Source: Psammoneis japonica
Lineage: Eukaryota
Length of the DNA: 64,000 nucleotides
Assembly: GCA_008632985.1 (NCBI GenBank)
Contig: QPGO01000049.1
Location: forward strand, 310,001 to 374,000
Direction: 5' to 3'
The notes below the pieces were generated by a model. The model worked only from the letters and a program-made list of their open reading frames with translations, was not told the DNA's origin and did not search any database. Shown piece after piece: positions 1-10,200 of this stretch (within the stretch, counting starts at the first letter, position 1; every line of letters begins with the position of its first letter). The position numbers and the translations under genes are program-made.

Positions 1-2340
1 CTCAAGACTGCTTTCAATGCAACCTTCCTCTTTCCACAAACCAACAAACATCGCAGGTGGGAGTGAGCACATGCAATGGGATGGACAGCTGGATGGATCT
101 GGCACAACAACCTGATTTTGGCAAATTGAGAATCCCAACATCTGGGTTGCTTTGGGTGGGTTGGACAGCCACCACCTCCTGGTTGCTTGAGGCATCACAT
201 GTTGCACACACAAAGCTGGGTGTTGTCATGCCACATGATGTGGCACTTTGAAGTTGCACCCCATGCAATGCTCAGAACAACAAAGAAGTGCATCTCATGC
301 CATGGAACTTGATTGTTTGTACATCAATGGCCACAAAGTTGATCAAGATGAGAGTTTTGTCATCACACCACAACAAGACAGTGGAAGATTTTGATGGTTG
401 TGCTGGATTTCTTGGCACTGTTGACTGTCATGCCACATTCAGACACGCCAACAAACAGTGTGTTTGCTGACTTCCACAGGGCTCTCACAACTGCTGCGTG
501 AACAAGTCCAAAATCACTGGGTTTGTTTCTGCTGTGCAGCAGATGCAATCATCATCAGCATCTGAGGAGTGCACGTGCACCGGCATGAACAGAGTCATTT
601 TTTTCTTCCAGCTTCCCATGGCAGATGCACAAAATGATGTTTTGATTTCCGGTGTCAACAATGCATCTTGCACGATGTGGCAAGAGGAGCACTTGAATGT
701 TTTTTTTCTGAAGAGAGTGGAGGAGCGCCAACTTGTGTGTCAAATGCAGCTGTTGGATGCTGTGAACAATTGTCGGCACCCACGACTCTCTCACATCGAA
801 TGGCAGTTGTGTCCACAGATGACGCCATGCATGGATGAGATCAGCTGCACTTGCTTCTCTCATGCCCCCATCTCCCCTTGTTTGGGAAGTTTTTGCTTCC
901 TCATCAAAGAGGCAGTCTCAGCCACAACACCTGCCTTGTTCTTTTCCACCCTGCGGTGTCAGCGCAGCTTGGCTGTGTGATGTGGCACATGATGTGCTTT
1001 GTCACGGGACAGTGCATGAAACCCAACAGTGCAACAAGGCCTGTTCCAGCTCCAGGTGCTCCTCGAAGGTTCGATTCCCATCTTTTGTGCATTTGGCGCA
1101 ATTGACTTTTTCCAAATCCGTTTTTTGCCAAATCGAGGGGCAAGTGCACTCTTTGCATGTGTTTTCGGGTGCACACTCACCTCTTGATTTTTGAAACGAT
1201 CAAAATTGAAGGAGTCAATTGAAGCCAAACTGCGCAGAAAATCGGCCTCTCTCGCGATGAAAAGCGGATCACCTGGAGCTGGAACAGGCCACAAGTGGGA
1301 GCTTCAAACCACCGGCGATTGGATCTGGAATCAGCTCGTTGAGCTCATTCCAAATCCATGCTCAAATGGATCGGAGTGCGCTCTCTCTGGCCTCCGCTGG
1401 CCAGTGGCTGCTCTCTGCTGCTGGCTGCCAGCTGGCTGGCAGCAGCGGCAGCACAGCCAGCGGCTGTCCTTCCTTGAGTCTGTGCGTCGTCCACACAGGA
1501 ACTAATTTTGCCCCCAGCGGACACTCTGGGTTGAGGATGGATCGTCCAGATGATGTCTGTTTGCGCATGAGCTTGCATTTTTTTGAAAAAACCTGGATTT
1601 CTCACGCTGGATGCGCGTGCTCGCCAACAAAACATTTTCAGCGATGGGCCGAACTTTGTCCCTTTGAAAGACATCACAGAAGGTGTTGGTGATGGTTGTG
1701 ACCATGCGCGATCTTTAGCTTGACGACTGTGGGTGTGTCCACAGACAGTCAAACGCCAGTTGTCGGCATTTCCTGGAAAGTCGTGGCTTGTCTCCCATGA
1801 GCAGTGCGATTTTGGCGAAAAATGGCGGTTTGTCGAATTTGACAACTGCACCGAATCCGACAATTGGCATTTGAAGGTTGAAATGTGCAGCTCGCATGCA
1901 GGCCCAACAGCCCTGATGGGGGCTGGACACACTCACAAGTGTTTGGGGGTGCTCAGAGGCATCGCAAAATGACACGGGCGAAGTGCAGGGAAATTGCAAA
2001 ATCACCAGCTAATTAAAAAAAAATGTCTCATCTAGAGACGATCCATCCTCAACCGTTTCCTCCCGAGTGACTGCAAATGACTGCATTTTGTATTTAATTT
2101 TTACATTTTACGTATGTAAAGCATGTAGTCATTGTTCAAAGATGCATTTCTTAGATGAACAATTTCGCATTGAAGCATGTCCAAATTAAGTGCGAAACGA
2201 TGGTGCCTGTTGCAGGGCGGCAGACACATCAGATGTAGACACAGGGTCATGCCATCAGTGTCGAACAGTGGCGTTAGGACCTAAATGATCCTACGGAATA
2301 GCCCATGGCTATGGAAGGCACCTATTTTGACAGAAGTTAA

Positions 2341-2942
2341 GGTGGTACGAGACGAAAATTGTGAAAATCGTTTCCGCGCGCATTTTCATTGAAAATCACG
2401 GGAATCAGGAATTCGTCGTCAGATAAAAGCATTGTGTCTTATTAGCGAATCACATGGGTCGGATGCGCGTGATTACAAGTGTGTCGCTCAACGGAAATTC
2501 CGTTTTGGCGATCGCTCATTATTTATCGCCTCGTTCTCTACATCGTCTTGGAAAGGCCATGAAAGGCACTTCCAAGACGAAAACACTTATGAATTCAAGC
2601 ATGCAGACACTTTCTCTACTGTCTTAGCTTCCTGCCGAGTGAAAGAAACTGCACCTTTCGACACTTTTTCCTATCTAAGTATCTAATTCAAAAACTTAGG
2701 GCGAAAAAACAGGACCTTTTTTTTGCTAATAGGAATATCTTATTGACATAATCTCGAAACTTGCAGTTTCTTTCCATAGGCAAGTCAAGGAGACACCAAT
2801 TAAGAATGCAGGACACTTGGTTGAAGGAAACGCAGCATTTGATAGCGTCCTGGGACAAGCCGAAGTGCGACCATCGCTTTGTGTAGAAACGTGTAGAAAT
2901 CATACCAGAAAAAATTCCAAACAATTTTCGTCTCGTACTACG
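2341..2942. mobile_element. Non-autonomous DNA transposon with 22-bp TIRs and TTAA target duplication (Kolobok/piggyBac-like)
   Basis: TTAA|GGTGGTACGAGACGAAAATTGT at 2337-2362 and ACAATTTTCGTCTCGTACTACG|TTAA at 2921-2946; the inverted repeat has 2 mismatches; no convincing internal ORF. Confidence 0.7.
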
Positions 2943-4193
2943 TTAAATAGGGTCAAAGTCATCGCTAAAATTGGTCCTCTACATACGTAGAGCTCCGTAT
3001 GTGTTTGTCTGTCCATCGCCAGTTCGTGCCAACATTTAGGGGAATGAACGAGCAGGCTAGTGTCTGCATCCTACCGTGCACTTGAGCATTTATGATGAGT
3101 TGAAATTTTGTACGCACAGTTACCCCACATGCGATACATCGATGGAAAGCTGAGAGTCTGCTCATTCCGTGGGGGGGGGAATGGGGGGGTAAGCTCTGAC
3201 GGTTTTTTCGGAAGATGAGGTGTGAGTTTTGGGTGTGATCATTGAAACACATCCAATTGTTCAAACAATTGATGTTGAGCCTCATTTCTTTGATTGGCGA
3301 GCAACCGATATTGTGGAACACTTTTGACATGCTAAACACGACCTGATTTGGACCGTTGGCATTTCAATGCATTCTACAGACATGTGGGCGTGCATTGAAA
3401 CAGGTCCGGGGGTCAAAAACTCCAATGCGCGACCCTCAAGTGTTCTCAGTTTCAAAGTCATCGAAAATATCCAAAAACACGGTAAGTGATCAATCATCGT
3501 AGACGAAGCAACAATGTCTACTCCACATGTAATGTTGTAGCGCAACAAGAGACAACAACCAAGCACATGACAGCTGGCAGGCACAGTCATTGAAGAGACG
3601 GACTAATTCAATAGGAGACTTAGGCGTATATAAAAGCACAATTTCCTATGTGATTTTAGATTTTTATTTCAAATGAATACAAAAAACACGTTCGGGAGGA
3701 AACTGTTAACTGGCCAACCACCCAACGGTGCGGCTTGCCTTTTTTCGTTCCCATCCGCATGATTGGTTTCTTAAACAAAGAGCTTTTCAGTTTCCCACTC
3801 TTGATTATATCAATAATTTCAAATGTATATCAGGACATAAGAAATGCATGATGCTAATGCTTTTTTTCAATAGAGGTTCGAAATGTCCCCCATAAATGGG
3901 TTCGAAATGCTACATTAAAGGGATTGTGTCTTATTAACCCCCTCGCCTCATGGAATATTTTCAAATATTGTGCACAACGGTCGCGTTCATGCGTTGGATT
4001 TATGGGCAGAAACGAAATCGCTATCGACGCTCACAAATTCGCCGGGAAAAAACAAAACAGCGTCGGGTCGCGACAGCTATACTGTAGTATTGTGTTGTAT
4101 TGCTGTAGACATCCCTCGGCCTTGTGGTGATCAGACAAGCTCTCATAAAGCCTTTCAAGCGTGCCCACAACGCCAGGATACCCAAGACCCAAG

Positions 4194-7100
4194 ATGAAAC
4201 TTTCGCCGGCCTTTGCGTTTCTGGTGGTTACTGCGACCTCAGCCTCCCCCCACACAGAGCCAAAGAGTCATAAACGCAGGAACAATTTCCGTCAAGGCAA
4301 TAACAGGACTTTCAAGTCCAAAAAGATTGACAATTGTGACTGCCATCTAATATGGGAAAAACTCCACGACTTAGAGGCAAGGCTACACGCGGTCGAAAAC
4401 TGCGTTGATAATGACGAGCATGATATATCGATCTGCACATTTGGATTTCAAGAAAAACCTGGAAAAACCAACTTGATTGGCAAGAACGTTGACATTACGG
4501 CGACAAAAGGAATCTTCCTTGAAGCTCTCGCCGGGAACATTGAAGAGGCGGCCGCTGGTGACATCACGTCGACATCAGGTGGCTCTATCATCGAGACGGC
4601 TAAAGATTCAATCATTGAGTCCGCCGAAAGCGGTGATATCATATCAACTACCCTAGTTGGTTCTATCATTGAAAGTGCTGGCGACACTATTGAGGAGACG
4701 GCCATTAATAACATCGAGTCCACATCATCAGGTGGTTCTATCATCGAAACGGCTATTGGTTCCATCACGGAGACGGCCACGAACGGCGATATTACTTCGA
4801 CTGCCACCGCTGGTTCCATCATTGAAAGTGCTGGTGATACTATTGAGGAGATGGCCGCTAATAACATTGAGTCCACATCATCAGGTGGTTCTATCGTCGA
4901 GACGGCTAATGATTCCATCACGGAGAGGGCCACAAACGGCGATATCACTTCAACTGCGAATGTTGGTTCCATAATTGAAAATGCTGGTGACACTATTGAG
5001 GAAACGGCCGCTAATAACATCGAGTCCATATCATTGGGTGGCTCTATCGTCGAGACGGCTAATGATTCCATTACGGAGACGGCCGCGACCGGCGATATCA
5101 CTTCAACTGCGACTGCTGGTTCCATCATTGAGAGCGCTGGCGACACTATTGAGGAGACGGCCGCTAACAACGTCGAGTCCACATCATTGGGTGGCTCTAT
5201 CGTCGAGATGGCTAATGATTCCATCACGGAGACGGCCACGAACGGTGATATTACTTCAACTGCGAATGTTGGTTCCATAATTGAAAATGCTGGTGACACT
5301 ATTGAGGAAACGGCCGCTAATAACATCGAGTCCATATCATTGGGTGGCTCTATTGTCGAGACGGCTAATGATTCCATTACGGAGACGGCCGCGACCGGCG
5401 ATATCACTTCAACTGCCACCGCTGGTTCCATCATTGAAAGTGCTGGTGACACTATTGAGGAGACGGCCGCTAATAACATTGAGTCCACATCATCGGGTGG
5501 TTCTATCATCGAGATGGCTAATGATTCCATCACGGAGACGGCCACAAACGGCGATATCACTTCAACTGCGAATGTTGGTTCCATAATTGAAAATGCTGGT
5601 GACACTATTGAGGAAACGGCCGCTAATAACATCGAGTCCATATCATTGGGTGGCTCTATCGTCGAGACGGCTGATGATTCCATTACGGAGACGGCCGCGA
5701 CCGGCGATATCACTTCAACTGCGACTGCTGGTTCCATCATTGAAAGCGCTGGCGACACTATTGAGGAGACGGCCGCTAACAACATCGAGTCCACATCATT
5801 GGGTGGCTCTATCGTCGAGATGGCTAATGATTCCATCACGGAGACGGCCACGAACGGTGATATCACTTCAACTGCGAATGTTGGCTCCATAATTGAAAAT
5901 GCTGGTGACACTATTGAGGAAACGGCCGCTAATAACATCGAGTTCATATCATTGGGTGGCTCTATCGTCGAGACGGCTAATGATTCCATTACGGAGACGG
6001 CCGCGACCGGCGATATCACTTCAACTGCAACGGCTGGTTCCATCATTGAAAGTGCTGGTGACACTATTGAGGAGACGGCCGCTAACAACGTCGAGTCCAC
6101 ATCATTGGGTGGCTCTATCGTCGAGACGGCTAATGATTCCATCACGGAGACGGCCACGAACGGCGACATCAGCTCGACTGCCACTGATGGCTCTATCATT
6201 GAAAGTGCTGGCGACACTATTGTGGAGACGGCCGCCAATGACATCATGTCCACATCATCAGGTGGTTCTATCGTCAAAATAGCCGACGAATCCATCACGG
6301 AGATTGCCACGAACGGCGACATCTCTTCGACTGCCACTGCTGGCTCTATCATTGAAAGTGCTGGCGACACTATTGTGGAGACTGCCGCTAATGACATCTC
6401 GTCCACATCATCAGCTGGTTCTATCGTCGAAACGGCCAATGATTCCATCACGGAGACGGCCTCAACCGGCGACATCAGTTCGACTGCCACTGCTGGTTCT
6501 ATCTTTGAAATTGCTGGCGACTCTATTGTGGAGACGGCCGTTAATGATATCACGTTAACATCATCAAGTGGTTCCATCACGGAGACGGCTAATGATTCCA
6601 TCACGGAGACGGCCACGACCGGCGATATCACTTCGACTGCCACTGCTGGTTCTATCATTGAAGTTGCTGGCGATACTATTGAGGAGACGGCCGCTAATGA
6701 CATCACGTCCGTATCATCAGGTGGTTCTATCATCGAGACGGCTAATGATTCCATCACCGAGGCGGCCACGAACGGCGACATCACTTCGACTGCCACAGCT
6801 GGCTCTATCATTGAAAGTGCTGGCGACACTATTGAGGAGACGGCCGCCAATGACATCATGTCCACATCATCAGGTGGTTCTATCGTGGAAATGGCTAACG
6901 ATGCCATCACGGAGACGGCCTCGACCGGCGACATCACTTCGATCGCCACTGCTGGTTCTGTCATTGAAAATGCTGGCACCGACATTACGGAAAATGCCGA
7001 CGGTGCCATCAATGAAAACGCAGGCACCGACATTATTGAGACGGCCGGAGCCACCATCACTGAAAATGCCGGCACCAACATTTTGGAGATGGCCATGGGT

Positions 7101-7412
7101 TCTATCTCTGAGACGGCCGGCGTGGGCATCACATCGGTTGCCACAGCTGGTGCTATCGTTGCAACCGCCACAGGGGATATCAGTTTGTCTACCTCGTCCG
7201 GTGCAATCAATCTGGCCACCGTTGCTGCGTTCCCCCTTGGTGATATCACTCTGTCGGCCCCTAGTGCAAACATTGGAATTTCTGCCGGCAATAACATGCT
7301 TGTAGAAGCCCTCGCCGCCGGTGGTGCTGCTCCTCCTGTCCTTTCAATCCAAGCCCCGAATGGCCAGATGGAATTGATAGATGTTGATGGCGTACCGTTC
7401 TCTCCTTCTTAA
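4194..7412 (+). CDS. Secreted acidic repeat protein, predicted beta-helix/beta-solenoid (gp5/VgrG C-terminal-like)
   Basis: Uninterrupted ORF from ATG 4194. Signal-peptide-like MKLSPAFAFLVVTATSA, short coiled coil (WEKLHDLEARLHAVEN), then many 51-aa units made of six 8-9-residue segments (SITETATNG DITSTATAG SIIESAGD TIEETAAN NIESTSSGG SIVETAND). Confidence 0.85.
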   Translation: MKLSPAFAFLVVTATSASPHTEPKSHKRRNNFRQGNNRTFKSKKIDNCDCHLIWEKLHDLEARLHAVENCVDNDEHDISICTFGFQEKPGKTNLIGKNVDITATKGIFLEALAGNIEEAAAGDITSTSGGSIIETAKDSIIESAESGDIISTTLVGSIIESAGDTIEETAINNIESTSSGGSIIETAIGSITETATNGDITSTATAGSIIESAGDTIEEMAANNIESTSSGGSIVETANDSITERATNGDITSTANVGSIIENAGDTIEETAANNIESISLGGSIVETANDSITETAATGDITSTATAGSIIESAGDTIEETAANNVESTSLGGSIVEMANDSITETATNGDITSTANVGSIIENAGDTIEETAANNIESISLGGSIVETANDSITETAATGDITSTATAGSIIESAGDTIEETAANNIESTSSGGSIIEMANDSITETATNGDITSTANVGSIIENAGDTIEETAANNIESISLGGSIVETADDSITETAATGDITSTATAGSIIESAGDTIEETAANNIESTSLGGSIVEMANDSITETATNGDITSTANVGSIIENAGDTIEETAANNIEFISLGGSIVETANDSITETAATGDITSTATAGSIIESAGDTIEETAANNVESTSLGGSIVETANDSITETATNGDISSTATDGSIIESAGDTIVETAANDIMSTSSGGSIVKIADESITEIATNGDISSTATAGSIIESAGDTIVETAANDISSTSSAGSIVETANDSITETASTGDISSTATAGSIFEIAGDSIVETAVNDITLTSSSGSITETANDSITETATTGDITSTATAGSIIEVAGDTIEETAANDITSVSSGGSIIETANDSITEAATNGDITSTATAGSIIESAGDTIEETAANDIMSTSSGGSIVEMANDAITETASTGDITSIATAGSVIENAGTDITENADGAINENAGTDIIETAGATITENAGTNILEMAMGSISETAGVGITSVATAGAIVATATGDISLSTSSGAINLATVAAFPLGDITLSAPSANIGISAGNNMLVEALAAGGAAPPVLSIQAPNGQMELIDVDGVPFSPS
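4600..6960 (+). repeat. Coding tandem repeat, 153-bp unit with 306-bp higher-order period
   Basis: Alternative-frame ORFs recur exactly every 306 bp (4975, 5281, 5587, 5893); units are near identical. Confidence 0.9.
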
Positions 7413-7675
7413 GAATGCCAAGAGTAAAAATCAGGGTTGGGACTTGTCGGGGACACAAGAAAATGGATGGTTAGGTCGTCTTTTTGGGGTGGCATTTCCG
7501 TTGTGTAGTCAATCTTTTCGTTAAATGCGTGATTTCTTTTCGTTTTCGTAGTTCTACATTCTCCTGTGCACGCCAACAGGCGACAATGCATGGAGCTTGT
7601 ACGCTGTGGAAAAAATAATTTTCAAAAAGCGCTTGCTACGAGTATTGGGTGATTCTATGTGGTGTATCTAGCACT

Positions 7676-7845
7676 TGATTCGATACGACATACATTGTTG
7701 ACAGGATACGACATGGCAGCATTCGACACGATACGATGCGGCATGGGAGCATTCGATCGATCGATTCGATTCGATACGGTAGCTAGCATTCGATTTGAAC
7801 CATCGATTCCAACGACTCCAATGCCGCCTACTAGCTAGCCTAGCT
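7676..7845. repeat. Low-complexity CGATT/CGATA and CTAG micro-repeats
   Basis: attcgatcgatcgattcgattcgatacgg; ctagctagcctagc. Confidence 0.6.
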
Positions 7846-7921
7846 TCTCCAACGCTGCCTTGTCTGGACTTGGCATTGTTTTGTTTCCACTTTTTGAAGA
7901 GGGCGAGTGTTTCTGTCGCAC

Positions 7922-8139
7922 TGACAAGGCGCGTCTTCAGTTCCTACTTACGGAGCAGCGATAGATAAGCAGTGTAGTGAAAAAAGACCTCCCTACGAAC
8001 TGGTGACTGTGAAACAAGTGCTTGGTAAAAAAAGAGTGAGAAGATCTCGGATAGAGATCTTGCTTCAGGCTATCTAAAAGGGGTCTAACCGTCATCCGTA
8101 AACAGCCTGTCTGTGTGCACTCTGCGCGGCCAGCTGACA
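7922..8139 (-). repeat. 3' LTR of the copia relic
   Basis: TG...CA-bounded 218-bp segment, preceded on the minus strand by the polypurine tract AGGGGAGGG (8140-8148) and lying downstream of the RNase H end. Confidence 0.6.
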
Positions 8140-10200
8140 CCCTCCCCTAGCCTAGAGAGAATGTCAACAGAGACAACGTAGATCACAGACAGAAAATATG
8201 AGCATCACAATCAATCATGCAACAAGGCATGTCAGACCAAATGAACATGAAATAAATCAGACAAAATGTTCTCCAGAGGGGCAGTTTGTGGGTGCCAGTG
8301 TGGCATCGGAGAGAAGGCAGTGTCCCGTCATTCGGCGAGCATGGTGAGCATGCAGCATTCACCCGAGAGCCTTGGTGAGGTCATTGCCAGGGTTGACAAT
8401 GCTCAGAATGTATTGTGTTATGACATGTCTGGCTTCCTTCCAGTCTAGGAGCCCAAGTGCGAGCCACCAAATGCAAGTGTGTCAGGAGGGCTCGGCAAAC
8501 ATTGTTGTTGTTCATCTTGACTGCCAATTTGTTGCCAACACACAGGGGAGTCAAGTCTTCCTCAGGGAAGCTAAGCTCCTAAAGTGTGTGACAAAGGCAC
8601 AGTGCATGCTTGGTGGCATTGCCAGCAGCACAAAGCTTGGCCTCTGTGGAGCTCATCATGGCAGCTGTTTGGGTCTTGCATCAGAAGGAAACGGCAGCAT
8701 CATTTCCACCTGCAGCATCCAAAAAGCTGGGATTGAGTTAAATGCTCAGCATGTGGGAAAGTCAGGAGTTCTGAATCCAGAGCAAGATGCTTAAAAGAGC
8801 AGGTTGGGAGAGAGGAGTCCGTCATTGGATTCTTGCAATTCAGGCCCCAATGCTTTGTGCTTTGAAGGCATTTTGCAACAGGGATTCCCAGTGAAATGGA
8901 ATTTGTCCACCAAGGTTTCTTCCATTTTGGCAGGTGAAGGTGTGCCATCTTGTGTTTGTTCAAGGTGCACAACATTCAGGGGAATCTCATCAAACCATGG
9001 TTCATCAATGCCCTCATCATGTTGCACATGCTTGGTTTCTTTGACCTCAGAGGTCACTGCATCACACCACAAGATGTTCTTGGTTGTTCAACTGGAGCTT
9101 GGCAGGACATCTCTTTGACTTGTGCACCCATGCTGGAAAACCAAATGCGTGCTGCACCCCAAAATCCTCATGCTTTCCAGCACCACAGCAGCGGCAATTA
9201 TGAAGTGCATGTGCCCAGAGCTCAACAGGCAAATGCACACCAACGAGCATTGCTCAAATTTTGTTGGCAACTGTCAAATGTGAGCATTCATCAGGGCCAC
9301 TCTGATTGGAGGCATTCTCGCCAGTTGGACAGATGGCACAATTAAACTCTTCCTCAAACAATCTCCAAACTTCAGGATTCTTGTACAATTTGCCACCCTG
9401 ATCCACAAACACATGCTTGTCAGGACATCATGGCAAGTGGTCATTCATGAACCAACAGAACAATTCAATTGGAGAAGCCTTGGAGACTCAAGTTGCACCA
9501 TGGAGACAGTGTGAAAAATGATTGTGTGCTGCAACACAACAAGTGCAATCATTTAATCTGACACAAGCAGTTGTCCAAACTTTGGAAACTTTGGTTGGCA
9601 CAGGATTGTTCACATCAAAAATTGGCTGCATTCGCTCTCTTCTCTTGCCTCCTGTGTTTGCATCATCACAATCACACCACACACTGCCATTTCCTTTGTC
9701 ACCCGGTTCACCCACACACAATCTCTGCTCATCTTTACAACAAAATGAGCTCTGCCAAATGCGAGTCATGTGACATTGTTCCAAACTCATTTGTCAGCCT
9801 GTCTTGTGTGTTGCCTCACCTTGTTTGACTTTGTCCCAGCCCCCTCTGTTTGCACCACAAAATTTTTGCACCACAACATTGCAGCATCTCTGCACCATTG
9901 GAAGGACCCAATCCACTTGTCATTCAAAGAGTTGGCTTGACTTGCAACTCTTCAATGGAAGCTGGGCACTGCAACCCCAAAACACGGAACTGAGCATTGA
10001 AGACACCAGATGCATGCGCTCATTGTGGCAAGGGCAGGAGCTTGCTTGGGGTCCTTTTGTCACAGAAAAATCTTCAAGAGAAAAGCATGACAGACAGCTG
10101 CAAGTGACCCCCAATCTGCAAGCCTTGCATCCAAAAAGGAAAGAAGCCCATAAAAAATGCACAGAAAAGTGCCACCAGCAGAGCAATGTGGAGAAAAAGA
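7922..10200 (-). mobile_element. Degenerate Ty1/copia (CoDi-like) LTR retrotransposon; RT apparently deleted
   Basis: Minus-strand translation of 8320-8710 gives copia RNase H motifs (KTQT..SSTEAK, TPLCVGN, NPGNDLTKALG*MLHAHHARRMTGHC). Integrase C-terminal-like WCDAVTSEVKETKHVQHDEG at ~9010-9070. The 5' boundary is approximate. Confidence 0.75.

Noticed and set aside
3000..3600. Possible hAT transposase or helicase fragment (SIIVDEAT at ~3490-3513)
   Set aside because: Single short motif in a broken frame; insufficient support.
4600..6960. Possible CRISPR-like array
   Set aside because: Contiguous coding repeats with no unique spacers, no cas genes and a eukaryotic context.
4448..7297. 949-aa minus-strand ORF
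   Set aside because: Antisense shadow of the repetitive plus-strand gene, which has the signal peptide and a sensible architecture.
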